Shown here piece by piece: positions 58,201-64,000 of a stretch of 64,000 nt of DNA; positions within the stretch are counted from its first letter, which is position 1; the number at the start of each line of letters is the position of its first letter. The stretch spans positions 1,302,001 to 1,366,000 of the forward strand of contig JBLDXI010000013.1 of NCBI GenBank assembly GCA_047495785.1, written 5' to 3'. The notes beneath the pieces are model-generated. The model was not told where the DNA came from. It did not search any database and saw only the letters and a program-made list of their open reading frames with translations. This DNA is from Lepidodermella squamata (Eukaryota; Animalia; Gastrotricha). A program made the translations under genes and the position numbers.

Positions 58201-61200
58201 TGCATTTTGATCTGTGAGGGTGTCGAAGTTTCGCCTCCAGAACTCACGATTAATCAAACTCACCCATGTCTGAGGGAGATAAAATGGTGGGCATTTGCAC
58301 ACATTTTTAAGCAACCCTACCCTCAAATCGGCCCGTACCTTGTTAATTGCAATCAACATCAAAGAGAGTATGATGTGGGAAGCATCATGTTGCGTGATCA
58401 CTGAGCTGTGGGTGGCAGTGTCACTCGTTTGCGCTGTCGATCGTGACTCAGCCGCATTCTAAAGAACCCATATCAGTCGAAATTCGAAACTGAAGGTCTG
58501 AGAATTAAAGAAAAAATCTAGACGAAACGCGCGCAAAATCCAGGGTTTGAGACTTGGATATCTCTCAAGGCGACCTATAATCCTATATGATTAGCTCCGT
58601 CCAATTTGGCTTCGCGTGGGTAAAAAATGCACTCAGGTGGCTAGGACAAAGTGCGACGGCCAAAAAATAACCTTTCCTCAAGGGTCGCGGCAATTTGCGA
58701 TACTTGACCAAAGAAAAAAAGGAAAAAAATGAAACGGGACAGGAATCGAGGGGGTGGGGCGGATGAAAAAAACGCAAATACTTCATCACAGAGTTCGATC
58801 GATCGCCTATTCGATGAATTTTACATGGAAAATACTCGGCAATATAATCGCATTTTTTGAGTATTACAATGAGACGTGTTTTTGATGGGTTTGGGGGCGG
58901 ACGCGGGAGCGCAGCGCTGTGTACAATGGCAATAGGAGTGTGAGGGCTCTCTTTTCTCTGCATATTATATATTATATACAGTACTGCGCGAAATGTAAAA
59001 TATTAATAAAAGGCGAACGAACCACGAGAGACAACCCACAACAACGCCGGAAAACGTCAACGCCGAACGATGGGAAATCAATTTTTACCGCAGCCATTTC
59101 ATTTTTTATCGTCTCTACAATCCGAACCTACGTCGCGTTGCCAAGGACACGCCGATCTCTTTTTTCGCGTCGCACTTTGCCATCTCTGCCTAAATCGCTC
59201 ATAAAGTGACGCAAAAAAGTGAATGGGAAAATTGCCTCAGTGGATTTCGAGAAATTACCGATAAAAAAAAAGAGTTGGGAAGATTAATAATATATCCTGC
59301 TCTCATGCCATTGTTTCACGGGGGCTGCATGGGGTAGAGGCTTAATTTAGTGAAAATAGCAATGAACAAAAAGAACTTTGCTGCTGCGCAATGCCGCTAT
59401 ATATTGATCACGTGTTAAATTCGCGTGAGATAAGAAAATTCGGTAAAAATGTATTTGCGCATTTTAGATAAAATATCGAGAAGCATTCAATTCCAAGAAA
59501 AATGCAGCATACGGGTATTCCGAAATTCTCAAAATTATGAAAACATGCTCAGATTATGAACGTTAGTCAGAACAGCGTAAAGATGGCAGAAATATGACGC
59601 TGAATAAATACGCCCAATAAATAGTGGGTGTCGCGATGCATACGCATGACATACATTTATAATTTATTGTCGTTTATAGGTCCCAAACTAAATTTTCACT
59701 GCAGTAAGTAAAACTTTTATATTATTCTGACGCTTGACCTACCAAGCAATCAAGGGTTCGACTTCACATAAATAAATGACATCATGTAAAGGCAATTCTG
59801 ATAATTATAAATTTTGCTAAAAACTGTAACGTCACAGACATCGCGCATTTTTCTTGAGAGACGAAAAGGAGGGTCGGAGGTGGGTAAACTCTAGTCATAT
59901 TCTAGTGTCGCCTCCGGTAGCTCAGCAGCTGCGATTATAATGATTATATGAGTGAGTACAAGACCATGCCTTCTGGTCTGTTAAATCTACCTCTAAATAA
60001 GTTCCGCAGTTCGCGAAAAAACCGCAAATATTTGCTCTTCGTTAGGCGAACCACTGTCACATGATTTTGGTCAACGAAATGTCTGTCCATCTACGTCAGC
60101 ATCGCACCCGTGGGCACAACAACAAACTGGAGCCAATTAAGCTCTAGCATGATTCGCTGTTGACAGCTATTTCCGGATTTCGTTCAAAAGATGGACATTC
60201 CATCCGATGACTGAATCTGAAGCTGTTGAATTTGGTCTCATCGATTCGCAAACGGGAAGAATAAGGGTGGGTGGGGAAGAGGAAGCAAAGCATGTAATAA
60301 AATAAACCTGAAAGTTTCTTGATCGCTTGTGGGTAGTGAGAAAATTTCGTATTTCGTAAACGTGTTCATTTATAATATAAATGACAGTTGTAATTCCGAT
60401 ACGGATCATCCTGCGGAAACCAATTGACGCCTAGTTTGCGCCAAAAAAATGAAATGCACTTGAAATGCACCGAGAGCATATAAATAATTCGTAAACAAGC
60501 GTAGCCATTCTCTACCAGAGTTGCGGCGAGTAAGAGAGCTCGAGGGGGTCGCCAAAAAAACTGTTGCGTTGAAAAAACTCACCTGCCTATGTATCCACGC
60601 GGTTAACGCAGAAAAAAATCACCGTAATGAGCGATTTTTTGTCGTAGTAATCACCCATATATGTTATGGTTAAACACGCCTTCGCAATCCACCTGAAAAA
60701 AACGTGACTGGTCAGTTAGAATAACTTTCTAGTCCTCCCCTGCTATATAATGATGTAACATAGAGCTAATTTGCTCGTTTTTACTGTTGCCGTGCCCGTG
60801 TCAAAGGCCGCGGCCCTACACTTGACAAGTTTTTTACAGAAAAGTTGGCATTAATGCCAAATATTATACTAGGAGATTCCGTCAGGAAATTCTCTGTGGT
60901 TAGGTAACTCTATATATACCTATTCTATCCCGAAATCAGGCAGTTAGGTCAATTAATACGACATCCGATCGAGTATGTCCTTAGAGAATATATGTAAAAG
61001 TTCCGAATCTTTCCATTTAATTGCAACAATGATGATTAAGCATAAACTCATGAAGCCTTGAGCACGAAATCTCTGGTTCACTAATATATCGCCGCAACAT
61101 TTAGCACAAATAGCTCAAGTATTTTTTAGTTATCAAGTAAAGGAGCAAAGAAATGAAAGAATCAACGTAAATAATTTAAACTTCGCAAGTTCGACATGAA

Positions 61201-62347
61201 TTATTTCCTATTTGGAATGGAACGTAAGCAAGTTTACCAATGCATGGCGGGTCAGGTCGAACTTGTGATTCAGTGCCTATTAATAATTAAAATCAAACCG
61301 ACTTGTAATTTCATCTCGACACTGCTGAGAAGCAGGCGTGGCTCAAGAGCACTCTAAAAATAACCTATCTTCCTAATGACCTAATTATAATACCTATGCG
61401 TGAGGTCTGTGGATGGACAATAATTCTTAAGACTACATCTCGCCCACGAACCTTTGCTTCTTGAAAGGCACTAAAAGCACAACAAATTTCGTCCCTCATG
61501 TCGTCGATTAACCCTTTGCACGAAGTGTCAAACTGCAAGAGTATCAAAATGATTTTTCTGCGGAATCAACGGGAAGGAAGTTGGGCGTGGATCGGCAATA
61601 AAAGCTTTTTTGCGTGATTTCGTGCTCATGACTCATGTCTGTGGTGCTACTCGTGACAAGGAAAAAAGCTATAGGGACAATCGGAAATTCGTTCTGTTAT
61701 TACATCCTGAATGAGGCGAGACTATAAGCCTACGCCCTCTAAAATTGGCGAGGATCGGCGGGCGCAATAACTTTCGAGGGGCTTTTAGTCCCATATGTTC
61801 GCTATTTCATTGCGTAGTGAGCAGTTCGGCGTAGTTTTTGCCAGGGTTCAATGCGCAGGTTGACATCCGCGAAGCTTCCCCTGATCAGGTGAGGTTCAAC
61901 AAGGGTAAGTACGTAGTAAAGTGAGCTCCGCTCTGAACTGTATTGCCATGAATCATGGTAACAGGCTACTCGAATTTCGCATGAGCAATTAATTATCTGC
62001 ACACGTTTCGAGAAAAAGAACCAATATCCAAGGTAGCACATTTCTTTATTTTCTCATTTAGAATATCAGCATCAATAATATTGAATTAATAATAATAATA
62101 ATAATGTTTCAGTATTTCAATTTAGTAACCACCGGTTCGAATTGGACGATAAAAGCAATAAAAGAGTACGAGTGAAAGAAAAAACGGACATAGTGACAAA
62201 CTGCCGAAAGGATGGGCCATTTCGGTACTCTTTGAGTCAAATCTAGCGAGGACATGTTATAAATTACTATCTAGTTTGAACTTAAAATTTTGATTAGTTA
62301 AACAAGAATGAATGCAGGGAAGAAGAACATTCGAAGCGATCTCATGT

Positions 62348-64000
62348 CTATGAGCAAATGCCGAAGCGATGTTGCGAAAACAGCTCAATTAACCGCTTCA
62401 CTTTCACGAATAGAGACATCTCAGTCGTCGTCGTCAACATTTCATTAAGGACCCGTATAAAACCACACGTCTCGAGGATTTGCCAGCGCTTCAAACTGCC
62501 GACGTAATCACTAGCGTCCGTATCAAGTGTCAAATTGGTCAGTGCATCTATCGCGGCCATTTGGACATTCAGGTTGACGTGAAGCATGTAGTCCATGACC
62601 TTGCGAAGCAAATCGTCGTTCCCTAAAAGGACATCGCGGCTCCGTTCGCCGGCCGCCATGTTCGCGATAATGCGAAGCACCTGTTCCTTGACTTCGACAG
62701 GGTAATCGCCCTCTAAAATCCATATCGCAGACTGAACAACTTGATCGCCGTACTGCGCCATGCCAGCATCGACCTCTGAGGCTGTTCCATCTATCAAGTT
62801 GCGGATAAGACCGAGAGCGCACGCGACGATTTGCGGCGTTTTGGCGTCGGATAGTAAACCGAATAGGGTCTCACGTGAAAGACATGAAAAAATGTGATGT
62901 TTCATCGATGGCGCGCCTTGATACGACAAATTCTAATAACGACATAATTAGGAATACATCCACCCTAAATAATAATTTTCCTTACCATTAACGCCCAAAC
63001 AGCGTTTATTCGAACCTCCAAGTTCTCATGTGTAGTGAAGGAGATGAGCCGCATCAAAAATTCCTGGGTATTGTCTCCTAGGAAGGCTCGTTTCACTTGT
63101 GCGGTTGACAACAGCAGATTGCAAAGCAAGGCCAGGCACGACGATAGGACAGCCGGGTTGCAATCAGTTCCAAGCTTCAAAATCGCGATCAAATCCTTCG
63201 ATAGATTAGCCTGATGATCGCTAAAGGTTGTCCGCAGTTGATAGGCAGAGCGAGATAGCGAAATCAAACACCGCAACCCAGCAACTTGAACCGCGCTATT
63301 AAGCGAGTTTCTGATCGAGTTGATAATAAACGATATCAGTTCGGAGGATTCGCTGACTTTCCGCCGCAAATATTCGTCATTTGCTGAGATTGAAGCCAAC
63401 AATTGAAGAAACGGAGCCGTTAAATCGTCGGATTGATCGACAACAGTCAACGGTCGGTTTTGCATGTCCAAATCCAGCACAGATTCCTTCCCGTTCGGAA
63501 CGCTTTGAGGTGGCACTGTTTTATTGCTAGAATTAGAAAGCGTGGATGTGATGACTGTTATCAACCCATCACACATGCCAGTTATGCGCTGTAAACTGAT
63601 GGCACTGTCAATAAAATGAGTCAATATAACGGCCGCTTCGACGCGAATCGAAACAGGCCGATCTTGCCGTAATAACCGCACCAAATTTTCGCAAATTCGG
63701 CTCTGAATCAGCGCCGTCAAGTTGGTGTCGTTTTGGCCTAACGCTTCGCATAGATTCACCAAACATTTCAGTGAAGCAAGTTGAAGACCAAGAGTCTGAT
63801 CCCGGTTCGAAAAATTCAACAACGCATCGACAAAAATAGGCTTCTTCTCCGCGGAGAACAAATCGCGGGCGTTTTTGACGTTCCTCCGGCAAAAAGCGGC
63901 CAGACAATCGATGGCACATAGCCGGGCGTTGACCGCCTGGGAATATGGGGAGAAAAGCGACGCAAGTATCGTCCAGATCTGCTTTTGAGCAAAGGATAAG
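62348..64000 (-). CDS. ARMC8: Armadillo repeat-containing protein 8 (GID/CTLH complex), 3' part
   Basis: LRCLISLSRSAYQLRTTFSDH, LCNLLL, VRINAVWALM|N and EVKEQVLRIIANMA resemble ARMC8. The frame is open to the window edge, with one intron near 62933-62982. Confidence 0.85.

Noticed and set aside
56324-60342. About five CSL/Su(H)-like RTGRGAA sites upstream of klu
   Set aside because: Scattered and unpaired, at a density close to chance expectation for a degenerate 7-mer.
59750-62145. Isolated GGTTCGA (B-box-like) and GGTAGCTCAG (A-box-like) motifs
   Set aside because: No cloverleaf or correct A/B box spacing, so no tRNA is called.

Overview
This is eukaryotic (animal) genomic DNA from a compact genome with mostly 50-60 nt introns. 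The organism cannot be named from this window. No prokaryotic features, CRISPR arrays, rRNA or tRNA genes were seen. Genes from left to right: an unidentified S/P/Q-rich protein running off the left edge, RRP1/Nop52, a GLYR1/NP60-like PWWP + AT-hook + dehydrogenase-fold gene, a 677-bp TIR element with an 8-bp TSD, three tandem paralogous secreted Cys-rich proteins of no family I recognise, nanos, a C2CD2/TMEM24-like SMP-C2 protein, an orphan single-pass membrane protein, two tandem Na+/K+-ATPase alpha genes, a hAT-like MITE, GPN1, a small orphan ORF, U2AF35, a hypothetical helical protein, DHRS4, a three-exon orphan gene largely missed by the ORF track, klumpfuss with about 7 kb of upstream non-coding DNA, and ARMC8 running off the right edge. 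The best candidate for an undescribed system is the three-gene cluster at 8976-13004. It encodes an 8-Cys scaffold split by a hypervariable Gly/Pro/Ser insert carrying an FG-(basic)-Q processing signal, which predicts disulfide-linked two-chain products with an amidated and a pyroglutamyl end. Also notable: two operon-like co-oriented gene trains, gene-conversion tracts between the ATPase paralogs, a Nanos with a knuckle-spaced second finger, and a GLYR1 with a degenerate Rossmann motif. Exon boundaries were inferred by eye from splice signals and frame continuity. Family assignments rest on remembered motifs, not on database searches.
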